Assembly (NCBI GenBank): GCA_945861415.1
Contig: CAMAUV010000001.1
Span: forward strand, 121,194 to 185,193
Direction: 5' to 3'
Origin: Akkermansia muciniphila
Lineage (GTDB): Bacteria > Verrucomicrobiota > Verrucomicrobiia > Verrucomicrobiales > V1-33
Length of the DNA: 64,000 bases
Under the pieces are notes generated by a model. The model had not been told where the DNA came from and made no database searches. It saw only the letters and a program-made list of their open reading frames with translations. Each line of letters starts with the position of its first letter. Position 1 is the stretch's first letter. This document shows, one piece after another, positions 44,393 through 53,304 of this stretch. Made by a program: the position numbers and the translations under genes.

Positions 44393-46861
44393 TTATTGCG
44401 GGGCGACGTTAGCCGGTGGGCCGCCCGCGTCACCCGGTTTGTGGCGGCGTTTTTGAAAAGGAGCGGATTCGATGATGCCAAACAGCAGGGCGTGAAACCG
44501 GCCCTCCTCCTTTTGGATGCGGGCAACGATGGCGTCCACGGTGGTGATGTCGGAGGGTTCGAGGCCGCGGCCGATCGCGTAGGTGAGCATTTTTTCCGTC
44601 AGGCAACGGTGGAAATCCTCGCGGCGCTCGACGGCGAGCACGCGCTTCAGCTCGCGCATGTCGGCAAACTTCTCACCGGTGACGAGCTTGCCGGAAGGGT
44701 CGATCTTCTGGCTGTGCTCCTCCTGGCGAAACAACCCGAGGGCGTTGAAATTTTCCAGCGCCAGCCCGAGGGGATCCATGCGGTCGTGGCAGGAGGCGCA
44801 GGCGGCTTTCTCGCGATGGACGGCGAGCGATTCGCGCAGGGTCGGCTGGCGGTCGGTGGTGGTGGCGGTTTTGGCGGCCACGTCCAGGTCGGGAATGTCG
44901 GGCGGCGGCGGCGGCACGGGTGTGCCGAGGATGTTGTTGAGGACAAACAGGCCGCGTTTCACGGGCGAGGTGCGGGTGGGGTTCGAGGTCACGGCCAACA
45001 CCGTGCCGTGGGTGAGGACGCCGCCGCGCGGGTGGTCCGGCGGGAGCTGCACGAGCCGCAGTTCATCGCCGGCGATGTCGGGGATGCCGTAGTGCGAGGC
45101 GAGGCGGGCGTTGAGGAAGGTGTAGTTGCTGTCGATGAACTCGGTGAGCGGGTGATTCTCCCGCACGATGTGGGCGAAGTAGGCCTCGGTCTCCTGCCGC
45201 ATCGCCAGCCGCAGCTCCGGCGTGAGAGCGCCCGGCGGGCCGCCGCGACCGCCCTTCACGGGCACACCGGGCACGGCCTCGCGCGCGAGCACCGCTTGTG
45301 CATTGATGGTCACGCCGGGGATCTCGCGGGCTCCCAGCCATTGACCGGCGAAGTTTGCCACCAGCGCGGCGGAACGCGCATCGGCCAGCATCCGCCGCAC
45401 CTGCGCGTCCAGCCCGGCGCGCAGCTTGCCCGCGGCCGCGAGCGTGAGCAGTTCCTCGTCCGGCATCGTGGACCAGAGGAAATACGAGAGCCGCGAAGCC
45501 AGCGCAAACTCGTCCACCAGCGGGTCGGTATCGCCGGGCTTGAGCGCCTCGACGCCCTCGTCGCGAAACAGAAAACGCGGTGAGGCGAGCACCGCCACCA
45601 TCGCGTGGGCGATGCCGGCCTCGAAAGTCTGGCCGGGAGTTTTGTCCACGCTTTGCGCCAGCCCGGCCAGCCGCTCGAGCGTGGCCTCCTCCACCGGATG
45701 CCGGTAGGCCCGGGCCGCAAATTTGCCGAGCAGTTCACGCGCGTAGGCCGCGCGCTCCTTCGGGTCGGACGGGACGGACTCGGGGAAAAATTTCGTATAA
45801 TCTTTCGGCGCGATCCAGTGCTCAGGCTCCAGCGGCCCGCGCACCGTCAGTCCCTCGATCCGCAGACGCATTGCGCGCGTTTGCGGCTGGGCCGGCTCCA
45901 GCGGTACGACCTCAAAGGTCAGCACGTTCGCGCCCGCCTTCAGCACGCGTTCGAACTCCAGGGCAAACAGCCGGTTGTATTCGCTGCTGAACTCGCGCTC
46001 GAGCACCACGTCGCCGTCCACCTTGATGATGAAACGGCACTTGTTGTAATCGAAAATGTCGTCCGGGCCGCGATCCGTCGCCGTGACGTTGAGCGTGAGG
46101 CGGTGCTTCCCGGATCTCTCCACCTGGAGCGCGTGAGTGGGCGCAGCCGCTTTGTAGTATGACAGGATGAGCTGGCCCGCCTTGCTTATCATCGAGGGCT
46201 CGTTTCCGGTGGACAGCGCGCGGGCGTCGAGCTGCTTTTCCATCGGGATGCGCGGAACCGTGGGCACTGCCTGCTCCACGATGGCGCGGGCAGCGTTCAC
46301 ATATTTCTCCAGCAGCAACGGCGACATCGTCAGCGCATCCGCGATGTTGTCGAAGCCGAAGCCCGAGTCGTCGCTCGGAAATTCTTTCGTCGTATTGAAG
46401 TCCACGCCAATCAGGTCGCGGATGGTGTTGCGATACTCGGCGCGGTTGAGGCGGCGAAGGGTCACGCGGCCCGGATCTGGCCGGGCCGGGTCGAGGCCGA
46501 GCGCGCCGGCCTTGATCCAGTGGACGAGGCGCGCGGCGTCATCCGCCGGGAGGCGCGGCCCGCGGGCGGGCATCAGGCCGGCCTGCACGTTTTTCAGCAC
46601 AGCCACCCAGACGTCGGTCCTGGCGAGCATTTCCTTGTCCGGGCCGAGCTGGTCAAAGGCGAGCTTGCCTTTGCTCTCGCCGTCGCCGTGACAGTCGTAG
46701 CAATGCTTCTCCAGCAGCGGTTTGATGTTCTTGTGAAAATCCTCCGCCACCGCCGCCGCCGGAGCGGTCCCCGCGGCGGCCGGGCTCTCCGCCCGCGCCA
46801 AGCCGACACACGCGCAGACGAACACGGAAAACGAAAGGAGGCCCCGGAAAATCACTGCCAT
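44393..46861 (-). CDS. PSCyt3/PSD-type giant (DUF1587/DUF1592/DUF1595/DUF1588/DUF1585 architecture)
   Basis: A start at ATG 46861 gives the signal peptide MAVIFRGLLSFSVFVCACVGLARA. It has CYDCHGDGESKGK, RLNRAEYRNTIRDLIGVDF, TSPVKRGLFVLNNILG and CASCHDRMDPLGLALENF. The supplied ORF start at 47068 runs through repeat copy C. Confidence 0.88.
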   Translation of the reverse strand: MAVIFRGLLSFSVFVCACVGLARAESPAAAGTAPAAAVAEDFHKNIKPLLEKHCYDCHGDGESKGKLAFDQLGPDKEMLARTDVWVAVLKNVQAGLMPARGPRLPADDAARLVHWIKAGALGLDPARPDPGRVTLRRLNRAEYRNTIRDLIGVDFNTTKEFPSDDSGFGFDNIADALTMSPLLLEKYVNAARAIVEQAVPTVPRIPMEKQLDARALSTGNEPSMISKAGQLILSYYKAAAPTHALQVERSGKHRLTLNVTATDRGPDDIFDYNKCRFIIKVDGDVVLEREFSSEYNRLFALEFERVLKAGANVLTFEVVPLEPAQPQTRAMRLRIEGLTVRGPLEPEHWIAPKDYTKFFPESVPSDPKERAAYARELLGKFAARAYRHPVEEATLERLAGLAQSVDKTPGQTFEAGIAHAMVAVLASPRFLFRDEGVEALKPGDTDPLVDEFALASRLSYFLWSTMPDEELLTLAAAGKLRAGLDAQVRRMLADARSAALVANFAGQWLGAREIPGVTINAQAVLAREAVPGVPVKGGRGGPPGALTPELRLAMRQETEAYFAHIVRENHPLTEFIDSNYTFLNARLASHYGIPDIAGDELRLVQLPPDHPRGGVLTHGTVLAVTSNPTRTSPVKRGLFVLNNILGTPVPPPPPDIPDLDVAAKTATTTDRQPTLRESLAVHREKAACASCHDRMDPLGLALENFNALGLFRQEEHSQKIDPSGKLVTGEKFADMRELKRVLAVERREDFHRCLTEKMLTYAIGRGLEPSDITTVDAIVARIQKEEGRFHALLFGIIESAPFQKRRHKPGDAGGPPANVAPQ

Positions 46862-46868
46862 GAAATTG

Positions 46869-46927
46869 CTTTCGCGCGCGCCGCACCGGAAACGGTCAGA
46901 AATGGGACGGGCACCGGGGAGTGCGGG
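46869..46927 (-). repeat. Copy C of the conserved element
   Basis: The plus strand reads ctttcgcgcgcgccgcaccggaaacggtcagaaatgggacgggcaccggggagtgcggg. It ends 9 nt before the start codon at 46861. Confidence 0.8.
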
Positions 46928-47102
46928 CTGAACGATGATGAAAGAAGAATCAGTGAAGCGTTCCGCGCTGCTTTGAAAGTAGGACTTGCGGAGGCGAGGC
47001 TCGGTTGTGGCGAGATTCATGCGTTGCGGTGAAGTGCGCGAACATGGCCGTCGACTCTGCTTTGCCAAGCACTATTCGGAAGCGGTTTTCTCTGCCGCAG
47101 TG

Positions 47103-47178
47103 CTTTCGCGCCCGCCGCGCCGGAAACGGTCAGAGCGGAAACGGTCGGAGCGGGGTCGGGCGTCGGGGAGTGAGAGGG
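47103..47178 (-). repeat. Copy D of the conserved element (orphan, with an internal 15-nt duplication)
   Basis: The plus strand reads ctttcgcgcccgccgcgcc-ggaaacggtcagagc-ggaaacggtcggagc-ggggtcgggcgtcggggagtgagaggg. It lies about 240 nt upstream of copy C, with no gene start directly after it. Confidence 0.75.
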
Positions 47179-47454
47179 TCTGATACACCTGAAACGGCGA
47201 ATTGATGTGCATGTCAATCCGCGTCATTCAGTTCTTCGTCTTCTTGAACCTAGGCAGCACCGGCGCGCCGCCGGGATACGGAACGGGATCAAAGGTCTCG
47301 CCGCGCCTGCTAGGCACGCGGGAGTCGTCCGTCGCCGTCAACCCGGCGATCAGTTATTCGCTGAGTTTCTTGAGGGTGTCGGCATACTCGAGATTGTCAG
47401 CCGCGCTGTTTAGCTGGCCCGGGTCTTTGCAGGAGTCTAAAATTTCTCAACTGC

Positions 47455-47487
47455 CATGAAACTGCTTTCTGGACGCTCCGCGGTTCA
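47455..47487. repeat. 33-nt direct repeat, copy a (catgaaactgctttctggacgctccgcggttca)
   Basis: It is 29/33 identical to 47809-47841. The two copies bracket the SGNH fragment ORF. Confidence 0.7.
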
Positions 47488-47493
47488 TCGAAG

Positions 47494-47805
47494 TTATCTG
47501 GTGATCGGAAGAGCTTTTGTGACGGCATCCACGCATTCATCGCTGAGGATCCGATAGGCAGCCGCAGTCCAGTGGAACTTGTCCTTGCCGCCGCGCGCGA
47601 GTTCCAGCTTGTCCACGAGTAGCGCGTATAAATTGCTCACCGGCAGGCCGCACTCGGCCATGACTTTCGCGGCCATGTAGTTGTGCTCGATGGTGGTGCC
47701 GTTGATGACGGGATCGAGTTTCTTCACCTCACCTTCGAGCAGAACGGGCGTGGTGCTGGCCCACAAGAGGCGTGCACTGGTCTGCTTCATGCGCGTGATG
47801 AGCAT
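47494..47805 (-). pseudogene. C-terminal half of an SGNH/GDSL hydrolase (N-terminal catalytic half missing)
   Basis: The 103 codons begin MLITRMKQTSARLLWASTTPV...NLYALLV...FHWTAAAYRILSDECV. These match blocks III-V of PVC-type SGNH hydrolases as I recall them. There is no GDS block and no signal peptide. Confidence 0.5.
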
Positions 47806-47808
47806 TGA

Positions 47809-47841
47809 CAGGAAATTACTTTCTGGACGCTCCGTGGTTCA
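47809..47841. repeat. 33-nt direct repeat, copy b (caggaaattactttctggacgctccgtggttca)
   Basis: See 47455-47487. Confidence 0.7.
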
Positions 47842-48007
47842 GCGGCTTGATGTAGGTGGCGAGATCGATTGAACGGTTGGCCGTGGGCAGCATTTCGCGC
47901 GACGCAGGATGCCCGGCCGCCGGAGCGGTGGCAGACACCGCTGCCAGGGCTAGGGAAAGGGAGAGGTGCGGGAAATCGAGATGCATGGAGAGATGAAAGA
48001 TTGGCAT
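47816..48007 (-). pseudogene. Signal-peptide-bearing 63-codon stub, possibly the N-terminal remnant of the disrupted hydrolase gene
   Basis: MPIFHLSMHLDFPHLSLSLALAAVSATAPAAG looks like a signal peptide. The ORF ends inside repeat copy b, immediately upstream of the SGNH fragment. Confidence 0.3.
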
Positions 48008-48285
48008 GATTGCTCCGGTTGCGCAACATGGACCACCGAGCGGGTTGCGCAGGCAGACCAAGCCAACCGCCAGCCCCGCAGTGAACTGCGACAAGCCCGC
48101 CAATTCAAGGAAGTGACCACCACGGCGATGTCAAGGAAGGCATGGTCACTGGAAGCATCGCGTCTCAACTTCTGGTTGTTTCAGCCCCCGAAACAGTTTA
48201 TCTGCCAGACAAACTTTCCGGCATTCTCTCAATACTTGAAAGTCAGGCCTAGGCAGATGCGTGCCACAGGTGTGCATTCCCGATC

Positions 48286-51200
48286 ATGAAGTATTTTTCT
48301 CCCATCGCTTTCACTAGGGCCGCAATCATCAGCCTCGGGTGCGCCGCGTTCCTTTCTTTACCCCGTTTGCAGGCAGATGAGGCTCCGGTGCAGCCTTCGA
48401 CGAATGATCTGGCGTTCTTCGAGACCAAAGTCCGCCCGGTATTGGCTGGGAAATGTTATGAGTGCCATTCGGCTGCGGCGCAGCAGAAAGGAAAGCTCAA
48501 GGCGGGGCTCTATGTTGACAGCCGGGAGGGATTGATGGCTGGTGGGGATAGCGGCCCCGCATTGCTGCCCGGAAAACCTCAGGAAAGCCTGCTCATCAAG
48601 GTCCTCAGGCATGAGATCAAAGACGCGGAAATGCCTCCCAAAGGCAAGCTGGATGACAGCGCCATTGCTGACCTCGCGAAGTGGATTGAAATGGGGGCAC
48701 CGGATCCCCGGGTGGCGGCGGTAACGGTCGCCGGTAGCAGGCGGATCATCGATGCAGTCGAGGGCAGAAAATGGTGGGCGTTTCAGCCTCTGGTCCAGCC
48801 TCCCGTGCCCGATGTGAAAAATAAGTCCCTTGTCAGGACTCCGGTAGATGCCTTCATCCTCGCAAAGCAGGAGGCTGCAGGTCTAGTGGCAAATGCCACC
48901 GCCAGTCCGGAGAAACTGCTGCGCCGCGCGACCTTCGGCCTCACCGGCCTTGCCCCAACGATGGAGGAACGTGAGGCATTCCTCAAGGACACCTCGCCAG
49001 ACGCCTTTGCCCGGCTCATCGACCGGCTGCTGGGAAGCCCGCGTTATGGCGAGCGCTGGGGGCGTCACTGGCTGGATGTGGTACGCTTCGCTGAGAGCGG
49101 CGGCTATGAGTTCGATGGCTTCCGCCCGGGGGCTTATCACTATCGCGATTGGGTCATCAGGGCCTTCAATGCGGACATGCCCTTTGACGAATTCGTCAGG
49201 ATGCAGCTCGCCGGAGACAAACTCAAACCTGATGAATTTGATGGTGCGGCGGCGGTGGGGTTCCTCGTGGCGGGTCCGTATCCGGGCCAGACCACGGTGA
49301 AGACTGAGGAGAAAATCCGCTATGACCAGCTGGACGACATGGTCTCGACCATCGGCAGCGGCATGCTCGGAGTCACCATGGCCTGCGCCCGCTGCCATGA
49401 TCACAAGCATGACCCGCTCTTCCAGCGCGACTATTACGGTATCGCGGCAGCGCTGGCGACGACGGAGCATGACGCCGCGAAACGCAACTCCAGCGGCGCT
49501 GAAACGCAGCACGCGCTGGAGCAGCACAAGCAAGCCGGTGTCTCTCTGGCGGCAGCGCTAAAAAAATACGAGACCGAAGGGTTTTCCCGGCGATTCGAGG
49601 AGTGGCGGAAGACGAGCCTGCCGCAGTTCAGCGCGGCCACGCCATGGCAGATCGTCGATGTGCGCAGTGTTTCCGCCAAAAGTGCCATCCTTGTTTCCGA
49701 CGCCGAAGGCCAGGTGCATTATGCCGGAAACAAAACGAACGACGACCTTTACACCGTGAAGGCGGTGACCTTTCAGAAAGGCGTGCGGGCCTTCCGGCTG
49801 GATGCCTTGAGTGATTCTTCGCTGCCGGCCAAAGGTCCGGGCTTGTCGGATAACGGAAACTTTGTGCTCGCGGATCTCAAAATAATTGCCCGGCCGCTCG
49901 ACACAAAAAACAACGCGCCGCCTGTACCTGTAAAACTCAAGCCTGTAGCGGCAACCTTTGAACAGGCCGGCTATCCACTCGCTTCCAGTCTGGATGCGAA
50001 TGACACCTCCGGCTGGGCGGTGGCTCCGGAAATGGGCAAGGATCACGCCGCAGTTTTTGCCGTCGATGGCGCGACCGTTGGCTTTGACGGAGGCACGGAG
50101 TTCGAGTTCCAGTTGCGCTTCACCGGCTACTTCGGCCTTGGCAGGATGGGGCTCGCCTTCTGCAATGGCGCTGAAGAGGCGAAGCTGGGAGATGCTAAGG
50201 AATTGCAGCATTTGCGGGAAATCCAGACGCTGGCTGCGGTCAGCGACGGCCTGACCCTAGAAGCAAATCGCCTAGGACTGCTGCGCTGGTTCAGCCACTT
50301 TGATGCGCACACGAAAGCGTTGCTTGATGCCGTGTCGCAGCATGAACGCAAACGACCGGTGCCGGAGCCGACGGAGATCTATACCACGCGGGACGGTGGC
50401 CGGGATGTCCATTTCCTGCGCCGCGGAGAAGTGGACCGCAAGGAGGGCAGGATGAGCCCGGGATTTATCCAGGTGCTCATGCCTTCCGGAGATGCAGAGA
50501 AGCGATGGACCACGGCCGCAGAACTGGAGAAACCCGCGCCGCATCCCAGAGTAAGTCTGGCGAACTGGATGACGGATTTGGAGGCCGGCGCTGGTTCGCT
50601 TCTGGCACGGGTCATGGTGAACCGTGTTTGGCGACAGCATTTCGGCCGCGGCCTCGTGCCCTCCAGCAACGACTTCGGCTCCCAGGGGGCGAAGCCCGCG
50701 AATCCCGCCCTGCTCGACTGGCTGGCATTGGAACTCATGCGGAATGGCTGGCACCTCAAGCCCATCCACCGGGTTATCATGTCGAGTGCCGTTTACATGC
50801 AGTCGGGTGAGGTGAATCCCGCGAACGTGAGGGCCGATCCTGACAACGATCTGTGGTCGCAGCGTCCCGCCCGCCGGCTCGAGGCGGAAGCTATCCGCGA
50901 CGAACTGCTCCAGATCGGCGGGAAGCTGGATGAGAAAATGTTCGGACCCTCTGAAGCGAACTATGAGAGCGGGCGTCGCAGTGTCTATCTGCGGGTGAAG
51001 CGCAGTGAGCTGATTCCTTTCCTGACGATGTTCGATGCGCCGGAGCCCGCGCAAAGTGTCGGTGACCGCGGAACCACCACCGTGCCGACTCAGGCCCTAG
51101 CCAGCATCAATTCCAATTTCATGTGGGATATCGCAGGGCGGTTGGCTGACCGCGTCCAGGCCACACAACCGGCGAGTATCGAGGTCGCCATTGCCCGGAC

Positions 51201-51372
51201 CTACGAACTAGTCCTGTGCCGGCAGCCGACGGACAGTGAGATCCAGCGTATGAAAACCTTCATCGATGAGCAGACGCGGTTGTTGGGAAACAAGCCCGAC
51301 TCGCCCGCGCAGGCCATGCGGGAGTTCTGTCTTGCCATGCTTTGCCTCAATGAATTCATCTACGTTGACTAG
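48286..51372 (+). CDS. PSCyt1/PSCyt2/PSD1 giant (planctomycete cytochrome C + DUF1549 + DUF1553)
   Basis: It has a signal peptide. The key motifs are CYECHSAAAQQKGKLKAGL, RRATFGLTGLAPTMEEREAFL (DUF1549) and CARCHDHKHDPLFQRDYY (DUF1553). Confidence 0.9.
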   Translation: MKYFSPIAFTRAAIISLGCAAFLSLPRLQADEAPVQPSTNDLAFFETKVRPVLAGKCYECHSAAAQQKGKLKAGLYVDSREGLMAGGDSGPALLPGKPQESLLIKVLRHEIKDAEMPPKGKLDDSAIADLAKWIEMGAPDPRVAAVTVAGSRRIIDAVEGRKWWAFQPLVQPPVPDVKNKSLVRTPVDAFILAKQEAAGLVANATASPEKLLRRATFGLTGLAPTMEEREAFLKDTSPDAFARLIDRLLGSPRYGERWGRHWLDVVRFAESGGYEFDGFRPGAYHYRDWVIRAFNADMPFDEFVRMQLAGDKLKPDEFDGAAAVGFLVAGPYPGQTTVKTEEKIRYDQLDDMVSTIGSGMLGVTMACARCHDHKHDPLFQRDYYGIAAALATTEHDAAKRNSSGAETQHALEQHKQAGVSLAAALKKYETEGFSRRFEEWRKTSLPQFSAATPWQIVDVRSVSAKSAILVSDAEGQVHYAGNKTNDDLYTVKAVTFQKGVRAFRLDALSDSSLPAKGPGLSDNGNFVLADLKIIARPLDTKNNAPPVPVKLKPVAATFEQAGYPLASSLDANDTSGWAVAPEMGKDHAAVFAVDGATVGFDGGTEFEFQLRFTGYFGLGRMGLAFCNGAEEAKLGDAKELQHLREIQTLAAVSDGLTLEANRLGLLRWFSHFDAHTKALLDAVSQHERKRPVPEPTEIYTTRDGGRDVHFLRRGEVDRKEGRMSPGFIQVLMPSGDAEKRWTTAAELEKPAPHPRVSLANWMTDLEAGAGSLLARVMVNRVWRQHFGRGLVPSSNDFGSQGAKPANPALLDWLALELMRNGWHLKPIHRVIMSSAVYMQSGEVNPANVRADPDNDLWSQRPARRLEAEAIRDELLQIGGKLDEKMFGPSEANYESGRRSVYLRVKRSELIPFLTMFDAPEPAQSVGDRGTTTVPTQALASINSNFMWDIAGRLADRVQATQPASIEVAIARTYELVLCRQPTDSEIQRMKTFIDEQTRLLGNKPDSPAQAMREFCLAMLCLNEFIYVD

Positions 51373-51405
51373 CCCGAAGTCTTCCCGCCACTGCCCCCCA
51401 TTCCC

Positions 51406-52857
51406 ATGTTTGACCACCACCGAAACGGAGATCTCGCCCTGCCGACCCGGCGCCAGTTTTTGCAGCGTTCCGGGCTTGGATTCGGGTCGCTGGCGCTGGC
51501 GTCCATGCTCCACCGGCAGACCGGAAGTGCCGCCACAGCCGTGGATCCGCTGGCCTTGCGCCCGCCATTGTTCGCTCCGCGGGCTAAAGCGGTGATCTGG
51601 CTGTTCATGACCGGCGCTCCCTCGCATGTGGACACATGGGACTATAAACCGGAACTCCAGAAGCGCTCCGGGCAACCGCTTCCGGGCAGTGATGCCAAGA
51701 CCGGCTTTTTCACGACCAGTGGCAAAATCCTCGCCTCGCCCTTCGGCTGGAAGCAGCATGGCCAGTCTGGCACATGGGTTTCTGATATCTTCCCGCATCT
51801 GTCCCGGCACGTGGATGACATGGCCTTCATCCACTCCATGCATCTGAAGGCTAACAACCACGCCCCAGCCTCCATGGAACTCATGTGCGGAGCGACCCAG
51901 CCCGGTCACCCCAGCGCCGGAGCATGGATCACTTATGGTCTCGGTACGGAAAATCAGAACCTACCGTCCTTTGTGGTCATGCACGAAACCCGCCCGCGCG
52001 GCGATGATCAGATTTGGTCCGCCGGCTTCCTGCCCAAGACCTTCCAGGCCCTGACACTGGACGCACGGCGCAATGGAACGATCGACAACCTTGTTCGCCA
52101 GCAGGTTCAGAGTGATCCCCAGCAGCGATCGTCGCTCGACCTGCTGCGCGAGATGAATCAGCAGCATGCGCAGCAACGGCCCACCCAGGCCGACCTCGCC
52201 GCAAGGATCAATTCCTTCGAACTCGCCTATCGCATGCAGATGGCGGCCCCTGAAGCCCTGGACGTGAATCAGGAGAGCGATGCCACGAAAAAACTCTACG
52301 GTCTCGACAATAAGGACTGCGGGGTCTTCGCCCGTCAGTGCCTCACGGCGCGGCGGTTGGTGGAGCGGGGCGTCCGTTTTGTCCAAATCTTTGCAGGCAA
52401 GAACACAGGCGGCGACGGCGCGGTCAATGACGTGCCGTGGGACGGCCATGACAACATTGAGACAAATCACCGCACCTGTGCCGCAGCAACGGATCAGCCC
52501 GCTGCAGCTCTGCTGAAGGATCTTAGTGCCCGCGGGCTCCTGAACGACACCCTCGTCATCTGGGGCGGCGAATTCGGTCGCACTTCCGATTCCCAGGGCA
52601 GCCTCGGCCGCGATCACAATCCCAACGGCTTTACCATCTGGATGGCCGGCGGCGGCGTCAAAGGTGGCGTCCACTACGGCAGCACTGATGAATTCGGCTA
52701 CAAGGCCGTGGAAAACAAAGTCCGCGTCAACGACCTCCACGCCACCCTCCTGCACCTCCTGGGACTGGATCATGAGAAGCTAACCTACCGGAACAACGGA
52801 CGCGACTACCGCCTTACGGATCTTGGCGGAAACGTCATCAGGGAAATCCTTGCTTAG
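51406..52857 (+). CDS. DUF1501 (sulfatase-fold) protein with Tat signal, partner of the DUF1553 gene
   Basis: The Tat signal is TRRQFLQRSGLGFGSLALASML. The motifs VIWLFMTGAPSHVDTWDYKP, VPWDGHDN and WGGEFGRT are typical of DUF1501. Confidence 0.9.
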   Translation: MFDHHRNGDLALPTRRQFLQRSGLGFGSLALASMLHRQTGSAATAVDPLALRPPLFAPRAKAVIWLFMTGAPSHVDTWDYKPELQKRSGQPLPGSDAKTGFFTTSGKILASPFGWKQHGQSGTWVSDIFPHLSRHVDDMAFIHSMHLKANNHAPASMELMCGATQPGHPSAGAWITYGLGTENQNLPSFVVMHETRPRGDDQIWSAGFLPKTFQALTLDARRNGTIDNLVRQQVQSDPQQRSSLDLLREMNQQHAQQRPTQADLAARINSFELAYRMQMAAPEALDVNQESDATKKLYGLDNKDCGVFARQCLTARRLVERGVRFVQIFAGKNTGGDGAVNDVPWDGHDNIETNHRTCAAATDQPAAALLKDLSARGLLNDTLVIWGGEFGRTSDSQGSLGRDHNPNGFTIWMAGGGVKGGVHYGSTDEFGYKAVENKVRVNDLHATLLHLLGLDHEKLTYRNNGRDYRLTDLGGNVIREILA

Positions 52858-53265
52858 GTGTTCAGGGAGAAGTGAAGGCGATGAAAGCGGCCGTCGCGCC
52901 ACAGACATTTCCAGCAATCGCGCTGACTGCGCACGCCATGCTGCGGACTGGGCTGCGCCGCAGATGCCAAATCCGCCGACTTCCGCCGCCTTACGAGGGC
53001 AGCCTTCGCCCGCGCCCCCGGGATTCGTATCAGCGTCTGCGTGGCCGCACTGCCGCGCGGCAAAATTTCATTCTCTCACGGGCGTCTACGCCTTGAACGA
53101 CTGAAGATTCTTCGTCAGCAGCGCCATCACATCCGCTTTGCCGGCGGCTCGGCTGCACGCCGCCGATACACTCCCGCTGTAACCCCGGCAGCATCCTGGT
53201 CCGCCGTTAGCAGAACTGGCCTTTGAAGGTTGGTTTCCCGGTTCAATCCGTAAGAAAGAACTTGC

Positions 53266-53279
53266 AACGGTATACCGTT
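53266..53279. promoter_or_regulatory. Perfect 14-bp palindrome AACGGTATACCGTT, candidate GntR-family operator
   Basis: Read directly from the sequence. It is its own reverse complement and ends 25 nt upstream of the GntR start codon. Its core GT-AT-AC fits the general GntR/FadR GT-N-AC operator pattern. Confidence 0.5.
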
Positions 53280-53304
53280 TGGTTGTGCATATCGGAATTC
53301 CGTC

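Noticed and set aside
41432-47178. The four-copy element interpreted as Rho-independent terminators of the upstream genes.
   Set aside because: No U-rich tract follows on the transcribed strand. Copies C and D have no gene immediately upstream, and the proposed outer stem is not conserved in copy C. A terminator role is not excluded for copies A and B but is not the best single explanation.
48235-48285. Attempt to assign sigma70-type -35/-10 boxes upstream of the DUF1553 gene and its relic copy (TTGAAA at 48235, TATAAC-like at 5132).
   Set aside because: The candidate boxes are not conserved between the two copies, the spacing is not convincing, and the promoter consensus for this lineage is unknown to me. 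I make no promoter call.
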